Source: Oikopleura dioica (Eukaryota > Animalia > Chordata). From it: 64,000 nucleotides of DNA. The notes beneath the pieces are model-generated. The model had not been told where the DNA came from. It saw only the letters and a list, made by a program, of their open reading frames with translations, and did not search any database. The position numbers and the translations under genes were made by a program. Below are positions 48,535 through 61,088 of this stretch, piece by piece. The DNA lies in the NCBI GenBank assembly GCA_907165135.1, contig OU015567.1:1302001-1366000 (forward strand). Direction: 5' to 3'. The stretch's first letter is position 1. Every line of letters starts with the position of its first letter.

Positions 48535-50440
48535 ATGGCGGCAAATGAAGAATTTGAGAGAAAAAGAACAGTTTGGAACAAAATTCTTCATGTACCGATT
48601 CAAGAAAATTTTCAACGAAATATTTAGAGAAAAATTTGAAGAGAACGCGAATTTTTGTGAAAACTCATGAGGCGGTAGAGAGCTGATATGGACGGCGATG
48701 GGGGCTTATGCGATTCCGTCGATGGAATTTTTCGGCATCACAGCTGATATTGGCTCAACTGTATTTTCTGCTTCCTCGCTTGCTACTGTAAGTAAACAAG
48801 GCTTTTATTTAAATTTCAACTGTTCTTTTCTTGGGTTAATAATCTTTGTTTTTTCATGAAGGCTCGATGATCAACTCAGAGCAAAACTTGAAAAATATTT
48901 TAAAACGAAATCGTGGTAGCCAGAAAATAAATTCAATCACCTCTCAAAATTGAAAACGAAAATATGGTCTTTCTCTCGAGTTAAATAAACTTATTTGACT
49001 TCTTAGATATTCACTTCCCTGATCGTCGGCGTCTTATCAGATAGATGCTCAAGTCCGATAGGAAAAAGAAGACCCTTCATCATTATTCGCGTTATTTTTG
49101 TCATAATTGCGGCGATTTTGCAATTTTTATCGCTCAAAATGACGGATGTAGGAATGGCTCAAGAAAGACTCTTATGAGCTTCTCCTTCTTGAGATTTTTG
49201 AGCCAAACCAAAGCGGCGGGAGGAATCCTCCTATACTCAGCTTTCTTTATTTACGATTTGTTTCTCTGGACCCTTCAAGTTCCCATGTACAGTTATTTGA
49301 TGGAAAGCTTCAACGAAAAAGAACAAGCGCAGGTGATGCAAAGCGTGGCTTTTGTCTGCGGCTTTGCCGGAATTGTCGGATACGTTCTTTGCGGCTACCT
49401 GCCAATTAGCGAAGATGGAGTCGTGCAATTGGACATTTTCTTTATCTCTGTCGGAGTTTTCATCATTGGCGCGGTAATGAATCTTTTCTCCATTCCAGAG
49501 TCGCCAAAAGAAGAAACTCTCAAAACAAGTGTCCTCTCCATCTTCAAGAATATTCCCCCTCAGCTTTTGAAAATGTGCCTTCTGTTCCTCTTCAATTTCT
49601 CCAAAGACTTCCCCTTCTACATCTTTTTCACCACAGTCTACGCCGAAAGCATGTTTGGCGCTCATCGACCAACAATTGAAAATTCCGGAAACAAGACGGA
49701 AGAAGAAATCGACATAATTTTCAAAGAAAGATTGACAGATGGAACTCTTGAAGCGTCAAAAGTGTTTATTGCGTTTCCCGCTGGTACGATGCTCTTCAGC
49801 TTGATTTTTGAAAAGGCAAAGATCTTCAGACGATTCGGGATCAAGCAAGGGCTCTAGAAAAAAAATTGGCAAATAACAAAATCTCCTTTCGGATCAAAAT
49901 ATCGGGATGGTGTCTAAAACCGACAAAAAAATTCGAAAAATTTTGCGTGGGCGGCTTCTCGGCTGCTTTTTGGCCAGCAAGCCGAATCCAGGCTTCTGAT
50001 TGGTTGAAAATTTCCACGCAAAATTTGTCGAAATTTTTTGTCAGTTCCAGACACCTCCCCAAAATATCGAGCCCTCTACCAAGAGAACAGTCATTTCAAG
50101 TCTCCTTTTCATGATCTTCGTTCTCGCCCTCAACATTTTCACCCACAGCAGTCTCGGCTTCTTCCTCATCGCCGTTGCAATGGCCTTCTCTTTGTGCATC
50201 CAAGTCAGTGTGCCCTACATGCTTCTGGGAATCTACCGCGAAGATCCCAGCTATCCAAAATCGAGAGGACTATCAAGCGACAATTCGATAATTTCTTCTA
50301 CTTTCTCGGTGGGACAGGCAGCGGCGATTTTGCTGAGTTTTATCGTCCAAAAAACTGGCACAACTACGGTGATCATTCCTTGGTCTCTTGGCTCTGCGAT
50401 TTTAGCACTAAGTAAGACCAAATTCGTTATACATTTTTAA
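48535..50440 (+). CDS. SLC45A: SLC45-family (sucrose/H+ symporter-like) MFS transporter
   Basis: VGVLSDRCSSPIGKRRPFI; multiple TM segments; SVPYMLLGIY..SRGLSSD; 5' splicing uncertain. Confidence 0.8.
49903..50060. mobile_element. Shorter copy of the CCAAT foldback MITE in an SLC45 intron
   Basis: Inverted arms and a core shared with 43391-43640. Confidence 0.6.
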
Positions 50441-50620
50441 TCAAATCCATAGTAACTGCGTTTTATCTTGATTATGGAAGCAATGAAGCCTCGAAAGCAA
50501 ACGAAAACAAGAAGCAAGAAGACATTCAATTAACTGATAACAGAAATGAAAATCTTTAACAACGAAAAAAACGAAATCCAGTCAAATCTACAGTTTCTCT
50601 TATTTACAGTTAAACTAAAA

Positions 50621-52941
50621 TCACAACATTGCAAACTCATGTTTTCTCATTCGCATTTCATCATACGCATCTTCCATCGTTTGCGGAGGAAATTCTAGCA
50701 GCCAGTTTGGCACTGCAACACCGCCATGGCAGGATTCGTCGGGGAGATTTCGCCACCACCAGGAAGCAGTGGAGTTGATCATCTTTTTCGGAAAATCGAG
50801 CGCTTTTCGAGTTTGAAGCTCGCCGCACATATTGCACATCATTTCTGCCAGATTTCTTCCTCCAGGGTCACTTTTTCGGGTTGAAAAGAAATGCGCATTT
50901 TACACGTCTTTTTTCTTCAAAAAAGCGGGAACGTTTTATTTACAAAATAACCCCACGTGACCGTAATTAGATCGAAAATGGAGCGGGCGGATGGAGTACT
51001 CAAGAATGTTTTCAACCAAAACAGCTTTTGGCTCCCTCTTTTTTGAACAGGAAATAATAATGATCTCGCCCGAGAAAAAATTATAGACAAAATACGTAAA
51101 TTAATCAAAACACTGCGGCTTTTTTCCAACTCAAAGTTCGCTCCAATAGCCCATTTTTCAACCATTTCTGTGTTGAATAAAATCCTTGTGTTGAAAGTCC
51201 GCTTCAACCCGCCATTTGTGATATTCAAGATAAGCAGTGTCATTCGAATCCAAAAAGTCCAAATAATCAACCAAGTCTTTCGGCGTCTCAAAATCCTCGG
51301 CAAAGATGAAGGATCCTTTCGGCGCGACTTTTTCGACGTCTTCTTTAACCGGGCCAAAAACGATGGGGACGTTCAGAGATGAAAGGGCATTACGCCAGAA
51401 TTTTTCGGAGATGTAGTCGGTACAGTGAAACGCGTTTTCAAAGGCCAGGTAAAATTTATAATGCGCTTTTCACAGCTCGATAATATTTTAAAATTTGATA
51501 TTTTTATCAGAAAAATTCGGCAACTCCGATTTTCAGTAGATATTTTCTGGACCTATTTTTCAAACCGATTTTAATGGGGTTAGAATTATAATTAAGGGTG
51601 GCTTCTTGGATCAAAAGAAAGCCCGGGTCCCGGGCCGGGTTTTCGTCAGGGTTTGAAGGGGCCGGGAGGCCCCTAACACCCTTAAAAATCGATTTGAAAA
51701 ATTGGTCCAGAAAAAAATCTACTGAAAATAGGAGCAGCCGAAAAATTCTAGATCAGAGAATTCAGAAATTTTTCGAAGCTGTTCCTAGAAAATTGTCTCC
51801 TTTCCAACTGTTGACGATTCTATTGAAGCACTTTCCGTATCCATCCAATTTTAATCCCTCGTCGATTAACCTGTTGGCGTATTCCCATCGGGTTAAGGCG
51901 GCAGAAGTTTGGTCACAATCAGAGACCATCCAAGCAGTGTGCTTTTCTTCGGTTTTTATTTTTAGAATAAAATCTATTTGAGGGTTTACTGTCTAGTAGA
52001 CATGATATAACACTAATCATATATTCGAAAATGCGAAAATAATATCATATCTTTTGAACCCTTTCCCATAAGATCCTGTCCATGCAAATCTTGCGGCTGA
52101 TCCTCCAAAACTCTATCAATAGTTCCGAACGGTCTGATCACATCCGAATCCTGGCGATATGAAACTGTTAGGTTCATACATCCGTCCCAATTGTTCTCAT
52201 CTTTGATTTCCCGAAAGATTGTCTTTCGATTCATTCCTTTAGCGGCGGATTCTCGGGGCCACCAAATCCAGTATTGGCTGTCGAGATTGCGGGAGTCGAA
52301 ATCGGGCATGTCGTGAAGTTTTCGAGCTGTAGAAGTTCTAAAGAAGGGGTTAAGTAACTAATTGTTAAAAATATTTTAACAAAATATTTTTAAAAATAAA
52401 TTTATTATTTTATTTAAATATTATTCTATAAATTATTACTAAAATATTAAAAATAATCATTTAATATTATTTAATATTTTAAATATTTATTAATATAATT
52501 TATTTAAAAATATATTTAATTATCTAATAATATTATATAAATAAAATAATAAATTATTTAAAATAGCTTTATTTTTTATTTCTTTTATTTTGAACTTATT
52601 TCATACCTTGTATTATCAAAAATTATCGCATCAGCTGCGTGCTCAAAATTTCTATCATTCGTCATCCAGCAACTACCGCAATTCTCCGACAACTGCTCCA
52701 TGTACGGATCGACAAAAGACCAATATGCAAGAATCGTGATCTTTTCATTTCTCGCGTCTTTTTCGTATTTTTCTCTGTTGACTTGATACAGCTGCAGGGA
52801 TTTTTCGTACTTTTTCTTTTGCTTGTGAGTGAGGACGTGTTTTCTGTTGTAGGATTTGGAGGGAACGGGTCTCTTGGAACTCGTCAAAAGGGGTACAAAG
52901 CTGACTTTGTTGGAAATCTCATTTATCGTTGTCGGTCTCAT
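50621..52941 (-). CDS. Alpha-1,3-fucosyltransferase (GT10)
   Basis: WIWWPRES, NLTVSYRQDSDV..PFG, AWMVSDC, FYLAFEN..CTDYISEKFWRNAL...PIVFGP, YLEYHKWR. Confidence 0.88.
51592..51685. mobile_element. Tiny TTAA MITE inside a larger intronic foldback (~51500-51770)
   Basis: ttaagggtg ... cacccttaa; flanks are mutually inverted. Confidence 0.5.
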
Positions 52942-53454
52942 TTTTCTAATTGCAAGCGACTTTTCCAATCGAATCGAGACGAGAGAATTGTGGTAGCGAA
53001 AAATGCACTGGAGCGCCCTCTGAGTGAGCGTAAAAAACGTGCGTTTATTTATGAAATTAGAATTGAATTAACAATTAACAAACGGAGACCAGGTTTTTAT
53101 GCTGATATGTTTATGCGGCGGTAAGCATTTTTCTGCTCATAGGAAATTATGAAAATTATTTTCAGATATCATAAAAATGAAGAAAAAAGACGTAGACCAA
53201 TCATAAAATTGAATAAATGAAAAATTTTTAAGGGGGAAAACTTGCTTTTCAGATGAAATAATTTGTAATTATCCCTAAAATCATTTTTTTCGAAGAATGG
53301 AATCTATATTTTTTCGACCTAAACGGTCAAGTCATATTTTGATGACAAACAAAATGTCAAAAATCACGAGAGTCAATTATTTTTGACAGGTTATTTGGAT
53401 GCGTTTTTAGAAAAAAAGTTCAACATAGCAGTTTTGCCGATTTATTTTGAGTTT

Positions 53455-55842
53455 TCAGACAAGATATCCGTAGCACTCTTCTCCCTGGCAAACATCAAAT
53501 GGTCGCATATCGGGGGTGATCATTACTTCTGTCGAGAAAGTGAGAACGCCGCGATTGTCGTTGCCTTGGAAAGCGGCTTCGATCATGACTGCGCGGAAAC
53601 CATCAGCTGGTTGCTGAAAAGAAATGAGATTTTCGGATTGTTTTGGTAAATGTAGCTACCTGAATCTCGTAATAGTAAATGTTTGTCTCGGACAAAACAG
53701 GTTGAACCATGGCACGATGCCACACAATTGGCTTTGCAAAAGTTTCGCAAGGAATAATTTTTGAACAAAATCTTTCTAATTCAAACTTTTCCTGAAATTC
53801 AATATCTTCCTTTGAAACTCGATACGGCTCCACAACATCGTCCACATCTGTCATCTCAAAATTATCACTCATCTTTGCGAAAAGATTCGCCAGCTCCGGA
53901 ATTTGCTCGGTTCGTGCGAGAGTCTTTGAATCGTCAGCAGAGTTGGTTGGCCAGTCGACTCGGTCTTGCTTGACTCGGGCCCATCGGAAATCACGTCTGA
54001 AATGATGCAAAGTGGAATTTTCGGGACAGTTCGGTCAAATTCGCTGTATACTTTTGCCCCGCCGATGAATTTTATACGTTTTTTTACCTTGTTGAATTAA
54101 GGGTATCTGCCCACCAGGCATTTACTCGGACAGGGGTCTTGCTTGTCTTTAGCGTTATCGAAGCAACTCCATTCTCATCAACCTGTCGGACAAAATCCAT
54201 CGTAGGCAACTCGTAGTCATGAGCAACAGCCTTGTAAAAGCTAAGAATTCTGCCGGGAACAGTCGCGGGAGAAAGGCCAGCGATTGGAATCATTCCATGC
54301 TCGGCATTTGGCAAGAGCCCGAGGTAAGTAGGTCCTTTCATGTCGTCGAACCAGAAGTAGCTATCATCTGGGGAGAAAAACTCGTCTCCAGTGGCGCTCA
54401 TGACGTATTTTGGCATGGTCATTCGATCTCTAGAAATGCGGTTTGACAAGGAATTTAATTAATGTTTCGAGCAAAATATGCAATCATCCTCTTTGAAGGG
54501 AAAAAAAAGCATAAATACGCCGCAGTATTTGGATAATTGCGGCGTTCAATATTCATTTATGGTTTCTTTGAGCATGTCGCTGTAACTCTTCGTTTACCTG
54601 TATTTGTAAGGATCGATAATATCCGCAAGCAGCTTGAATTCCGGCCTGTCAAAATACGCCGTCAATCCTTCATCCCAGTAGGGTGCCAGGGCAAAGCTCC
54701 AAGCGCCCATGTTTCGATACCATTCGAGGAAGATCTCTTCCATGTTCAAGCAGTCAAGGACCATTGGAATCTGCGCTTTCACTCTTTTGTCCACGACGGA
54801 AAGAGTCCAAGTCGTCCAACCCCGTTTTGAAGCGCCGGTAACGAGGAAACTATCGACTGGTTTTTGGACATCGCCGAGATTCATTGATTCCTTGTTTTTT
54901 TGGAAAACATCGTCGATTGTATCCAGCGCTAATCTGCCTGCCTTGGTCATTGGGAGACGTAAAACCCAGTCAGACTCGTCCGGGTGTTCCAAGAAATGCC
55001 GCCATGTCCATGCGATGATATCGTCTTCTTTACGGCCACTTTCGCCCATCCTTGGATCGTTTTCAAAATAAAGCGGTTGGTTTGGAACTTGTCTCAGGCA
55101 AGCTGTAATGGTTCCCGTATGCATTGATGCTGCTCGTGTTCCAACAACGGGGGCGGAATCATTTTTCAAAACATTGTCGATTCGGTTTGATCCGCCGTCG
55201 ATCAGCATCAATCCCCAGTTGGCGACTCTTCGGTCCAAGTTGTATGGAAGGGAGACGACAAGCTCATGGTACCACTCAGTTCGGGTCACGTGCTCGGTTG
55301 TCAGCCAGTGCTGCGAAGTCATGTTGATGACAAAGGTTTTGACTCCGTCGACAAAGTCAGGGTTTTCATTGAAGTCATATTCCGCGACAATTTCATATCT
55401 TATCAGTCGATTAAGATTGAAGTCGGCTTAGATTTACCTGTAGTCGTTGTTATCTCTCCAGACATACTCATCAAGCTGAGTACAGGAAACTTCGTTGCAG
55501 TCGTAACGATAAGGGCTATCTTGAAAAAAAATGAAGAAAATATCAAAATTGATATGATTTTTCGTAAAAAAATTCAGCAATAAATACCTAAGCCAGAGCG
55601 AGAATCACTTGTGCGAATCTTATTTTTGGTTCAAAATAAGCATTCTATTTTGTCATCTTATAAGCGGAAAAAAATATTTTTGAACCTAAAGACGGATCGG
55701 CAATTTCATCGTTTCCAGAGCCACCTATTCCGACACCGACGCCAACACCGATCCCGATTGCCATGCAGCAAGTGGTGATTCCGATGATCCATCCCCTCCT
55801 CGAAATCCGCTTCGCCTCTTTTGGCGGCTCTGAAATCTCCAT
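53455..55842 (-). CDS. PqaA / AprA-family alpha/beta-hydrolase-like protein with N-terminal TM anchor
   Basis: VPNQPL.F, EDDIIAWTW, LRLPMTKA, TGASKRGWTTW, IIDPY, ATGDEFF.PDD, PNAEH, TEVMITPD..CYGYLV*. Confidence 0.88.
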
Positions 55843-56007
55843 TTTCTCTTGATTTCAAAAATTATTTGCAGAACGGTCTGACCATTTTTCTGCATGTTTG
55901 TGTTTGTATTTGCTCAAGAAAATTGGAACGAGCGATTTCGATTTGTCTTGGGATTTTCAATGTATTCTTTGTGCAAGTTGTTACAGAATGGGGAACGAAA
56001 GTTTTTA

Positions 56008-57830
56008 CTATAATTTTGCGGCGTATGTTGCATCGCGAATCGATTTCAAATAGACCATAAATGGAGTTCCTCCGGTCCCGACTTCTGATAAACTATGGCT
56101 TCGGCTAAAAGGAAAAAAATCAAAAGATGAAGGGAAGAAAATGAGGAAACCTGTATTTTCTACGCTGCATTCTTCGGATTTCTTCTGGAACTTCCTCTTC
56201 TTTTTCTTTATTTTTCTCTCCTTCTGGGTCATCGTCGACGAATTGCTCTGACTGATCGTTTCTTTTTGACTTTGCTTGGGTTTTCAAGAAGTCTTCTTTT
56301 TTGCTACTCGCTAGAAATGGATCTAAAAGCGCTCTTTATCGCCGATGAACCTGGTAAAACGATAAAACTGGTGACAATCGTGATGTGGCTGGAACGAAGA
56401 TGGACGTATGCCTCGATGAAGTTGTTGAAAGCTTCGTAAATTGCCTCGTTTTCCATTTCAGAAATCATGTCAGTCAGTGTCGGGCCTTTGTCTGAAAATT
56501 TTTTTTGGTAAAAAGTGGGCTTTTTGCGTGGCAGTACCGAGATATTCCAAAAACTCGCGATGCTCCGTGGGAATGTAATGACGTAACTTCATGTTGTAGT
56601 CGACCACGGCTTGATGATGCTTGACGGGAATCATGGCATCCATGGAGGGCGTGATGGCAGTTTGAGCCGCTGAGCCGCCGATGAAACGCTTGCCTTCTTC
56701 GGAGACGCCCTCGAAGATTAGACCATTTGGAAGACCTGGGTTGTTGTAACTTCCAGCTAAAGAAAGTCAGAAATGAGATCATAAAGGAGTTAAAGTACCT
56801 AAGTAAGGACGCATTCCGTGGTAAAACTCAAGGGGGTCAAGGTGATCCCTCATTCGGAGCAGCGTTTTTGTCATTTCTCGGAGTCCGTTTTCAGCCCTCT
56901 TGAAGTGTTTGACAATGCTGTCTTCATCTCTTTCTGTCTCACTAGAATTTCAGTGAGTTTTTCAAATTTCAAGATTCTAGAGTCTTCCAGGTCCGGCTAC
57001 AAGCGATAGAATTTCCTCACCTTAGTTGTAAAATCTGCCGAATAGCCATCAAACTGCTCAAAACTGGGGCGTATTGCATCTCCATCCGAACTGGGATCAT
57101 CATGAACCACTCGTACGCGCGATTTCGGGTCAAGCTCTTAAAAATATGTGTCATTTTATCACCCCACAAATAGCTCTACCGTTATTGCTTTCAAGTTGTC
57201 CAGCTCCGCCGGCTTCGAAGAATCGTGCAAGTCCCAGTTGCAATTGGCAGCGATGTAGTCGGTCAAAGTGGGATGGATCTTCAGTCGCGAGCAGATATTG
57301 AACCAGGGGACGGCGATTTGCGCTGGAAGAACTTGGGCAGGTCCAGCGTAATTTTGATCGTTGACGTAAGCGGCTCCGAGATGAGTGAGAATGGCCGCCG
57401 CATGGAACATTTCTTCGCGGGATTGGAGGATCGAATCGTCTAAATGTCGGTTTTAAAAATGGATTTGAATCAAAACGTTTCAAAAAAATTCGAGCATTTA
57501 CCGATGATTTGAAGATCTTCTTCGATCGTTTTTCTGAAAACATTTTGTTCCAGAAGATCAACGACGTTTTTCGCCAGTTCTTCCCACTGGCCAAATTGCT
57601 CGGGAAGCTTCCGCACAGGGTTTTCAATCAAGAAACCAACCTTCTCCGAGACGCAAAATCTCTTGAAAAGCTCTTTCAATTCTGATGGTAATTCCATGAT
57701 CTCGCTGTTGATAGTCATCTCTTGCTCAGAGTCGCTAGAAAGGACGGATGTGGTGGAAGACTCGTCCTCAGAAGAAGAGGAACTTTCGAGATTCTGAGTT
57801 TCATTTTCGTTGATTGCTTGGAGTCCGGTG
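56008..57830 (-). CDS. IDO: Indoleamine 2,3-dioxygenase family protein; start codon unresolved
   Basis: VLPAQIAVP, FYHGMRPYL, GGSAAQT, LRSSH (proximal His), GTGGT. Confidence 0.92.
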
Positions 57831-59248
57831 TTGATAGGCGTGTCTGAAGGCAGATGTATTTTGATTATCGTAAATTTGATAGATTTTTAATTGGCATTTA
57901 TCAGAATCGCACCACTCTAAGCCCCTGTCAGACTGGTCCACTTATAGAGCAGAGTAAGTGAGCAATTGAAAATCTGGCGTGATCATTGATCAATTTAATT
58001 ATAAAAAAATCATATTATAAAAAAGCGGAAAACCTAAAACTGGATGATTTCTTATCAGTTTTTGCGTTTGTGACATCTTATATTATATCAAGCTCTTTTT
58101 AAATGTAATATAATCTGTATCCAAAATAGAAACTGTAACTGCAGTGAAAAATTCTAGAGAAAAGTCGGCTTTGACTTACTTCGAAGGTATTTGCCAGAAA
58201 TGAGGAGGTCTTGGGAAGGCTTCAAAAGCATTTTGATGATAAAAATGAATGCGTGAAATAAAATTATTCTTTTTCATGGCAAAAATTGACCGTATTTATG
58301 CAGAAAAAAAGATGATAGTTCCCATGGTTTTTTGTCTGGTGAACTCGCCGACGTGGAAGGAAAACTAACGTAAGCGGGTAAGACAAGGTCAAACAGGTCT
58401 TTGAACGTCACAATGTAAGGTCGAAGTCTGAGATGAGGGATTTTCTGCCTCGAAATGCCAAAACTCTGCCGCAGGATTTTCTTGTTTCCTAAAAAGTACC
58501 TGATCTTTGACTCAGACTGTAACTTCTTAAAAAAATAAATCGACTTAAGGATCCCCCCGTCGACTTTTTCAAAATCCAAAATTTTATTTTATGATTGTAG
58601 ATTTTGATTGTCAGTTAGGGATCATAACCTCTCGATCTCAAGTTCATTTTTCACTTCCGATTAAACGGACTTGAATGAACCATTAACTTAGGGTCAGGTA
58701 TGCATAGACATCTACAAACACTCGCATAATTATCAGATGCGATAATTCCCATATGAAAAAACCAGATCGTCAAGTTACCTACTGTCTAGTAACAATTCCA
58801 ATTGCAACAGTCGATCAATACATGCTCTTGCCCTGTGAAGACGCAATATTACGAGTTAACGACTGAAAAGGGACTTTCGATGAAAAAAATTTATTCTGGA
58901 AAAAGGTGAAAATTGAATGGCAGTTCATTGCTTAGTTGGAATTTACAGAGTTGAAATTATGGGGCACCAGGAATGATTCGCAGCTAGTCGAAAAAGAAAA
59001 GAAGAAAAATGTGCATTCTAGAAGGGATTTTTTAGCGGACTGCTTAATTTGCTCAAAAAGCAGCTTTTTATAAATAAGCAACTTGGTCATTTATGATTTC
59101 ATCGTCTGAATCTAGTTTTGTTATGTTCTTGGCCAGAATTAAACATTTTAGCAAGCTCGGAGTGAATCATAAAAACCGGGATTTGGAATTGAGACTGCTT
59201 GGATTTTTGTTGACTTTTGCATCGTTTTTTTTTGTGTCGGATGGTTTT

Positions 59249-61088
59249 TTATACAGTCAGATCACTGTCTCGTGAGCTCTCCTCGTTCATGACAGTGATG
59301 TTTGTCTCGTTCATGCTGGCAGGTTGTGTAGGCGTGATTGTAACTTGTTGGGTATGAATTTCTTTGTTGGCGATTTGATCAGGCTCTGTTTGATCGTGAT
59401 TTGGCTGCTCTTGCGCGCCATCTACTGAGCCGTCTTCAGTTGAACTCTCAGAAGACGCGGTGACATTTGGCTGGAGGACCAAGGAATTATCGTCGACACT
59501 CGGAAGATTGTCGCAAAGACGAGATTCGTCTTCAATCTCTGGTACGGATGTCCACTGAAAATTGTAAAAATGCCGAAAGAAAAGTTCGACAACGCACCTC
59601 TGAAAGCGATGTTTGTTGATCCCACTGCTGTGGAAGGTAAATTGCGCCTTGGAAGTCTGATGGTTTCGTAAAGTCTCCAAAGCTGTAGGGTTGCTGTACA
59701 TCTCCTGTTCGCACCTTTATTTTCAAGTTACCAATGACCGTCGCCAAGATTCTCTTACCTCTGAAGATGAAGAAGGAGAATTTTCTCTGGAAGGACTTTC
59801 ATTGCACCGAAGCTTGTACATTGTCTTGAAGAAATGATGTCTGACTCTTGCTGAATTGAACGATCTTCTTCCGCTTGGATTACCACATCGTCCGACTAGA
59901 TGAAAAAGTCTTGTCCAATATTCTCGAAGACACTCAATTTTACCTTGGCAAGGACATGGAAATCCATCACGATCAACCTGGCATGGAATTCCTCCATTCG
60001 AGCATTCGCATGTCGCTGGGTGGCAAACATCGATGCATGAGCAGCCGCAGACCTCTCTTGATGATCTGAGCACTCGGTTGTTTAAGCGATCGCTGCTGTC
60101 AACATCGTCAACGTTCTTTTTCAAGATTTTTCGACGCTTTTTCGGGGCAATAGGTTGCAGGAACCACCATTCATCGACGCCAGTAAGATCCTCTGAAAAA
60201 GCAACCAATCAAAACTGATCGCACTCAAAAAACATACCTTCTGGCGCATCCGAGTCAGAATCATTTTCACTGCTATGATCCGATGTTATCGCTTGGCCAC
60301 TTTCAGTCTGCGCGGCAATTTTCCTCTGCTTAGCGCGCCACTGACGCAGCTTTTTACGACGCTTTGAATTCAGACGCTCCCGATGAAGAGGAATAGGAAA
60401 ACTGACTGCTTCGTGGTGCTCTTCGTCCATCCCAAGAGCACATCCGCCCGTCGATGGAAGGGTGCAAAAAGACTGAATAAAGCATGAAAACGATTTAACA
60501 GTTATATCTGAAAACCTGTTTGCGCTGAAATAAAAACTCCCTGACGGAAGAAAATCTAAGTGGCCTCTTCCTCTTCATTCCGTCTTTTCGTAAAATTCCC
60601 TTTTCGGGTGAGGGAGGGAGGGCCGTTGCAGCTTTTGAACAACATGGTTCTTCTTCGATTTCTTTTTCTTCAGATGTTCTTGAGGAGCCTTGACCGGGAT
60701 CGCTAGAACCAGAATGGCAGCCAGAATCATTCAAAGTTTGCTCGGCGTCGATTTTTTCTACGACGGGAGATGAATCGCTCGATGGGAGAGTTTCTGTCGG
60801 TGCAGATTGATCGGATGATTGAGAATCGGAGATCAATTGATCATTTCTAGAAAAAAAATTGTTAGATGGCGAAGACCCTAACCCCAACCCTAGCCCAAAC
60901 CCTAGCCCTAACCCTAACCCTCCTCAAAAAAAAAAAAATTGAAAGATGCTAAAGCAAATGGTGAATTTATTTTTTGGTAAGAAATTTCAACCCTTACTTG
61001 GTTTCTTTTTCTTCTTTGATGCATTCTAGTTCCACTGGATTTTCCGCTGCTGCTTCCATTCTTTATTTTGCAAGATCTGCTCTCCCAT
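59249..61088 (-). CDS. CSRNP: Cysteine/serine-rich nuclear protein
   Basis: GILRK..LRF..V..F.RKQ, GGCALGM, FLQP..PKKRRKIL, SREVCGCSC..C.P.TCECS..GIPCQVDR..FPC. Confidence 0.92.
60877..60921 (+). repeat. Interstitial telomere-like (CCCTAA)n; also at 38201, 40441, 47629
   Basis: Three to seven degenerate hexamers per site, all CCCTAA on the plus strand. Confidence 0.75.

Noticed and set aside
53455-55842. Bacterial contamination suggested by PqaA
   Set aside because: The gene has several host-style introns and is flanked by animal genes
58100-58580. Small gene between IDO and CSRNP
   Set aside because: Exon-like pieces could not be joined in frame
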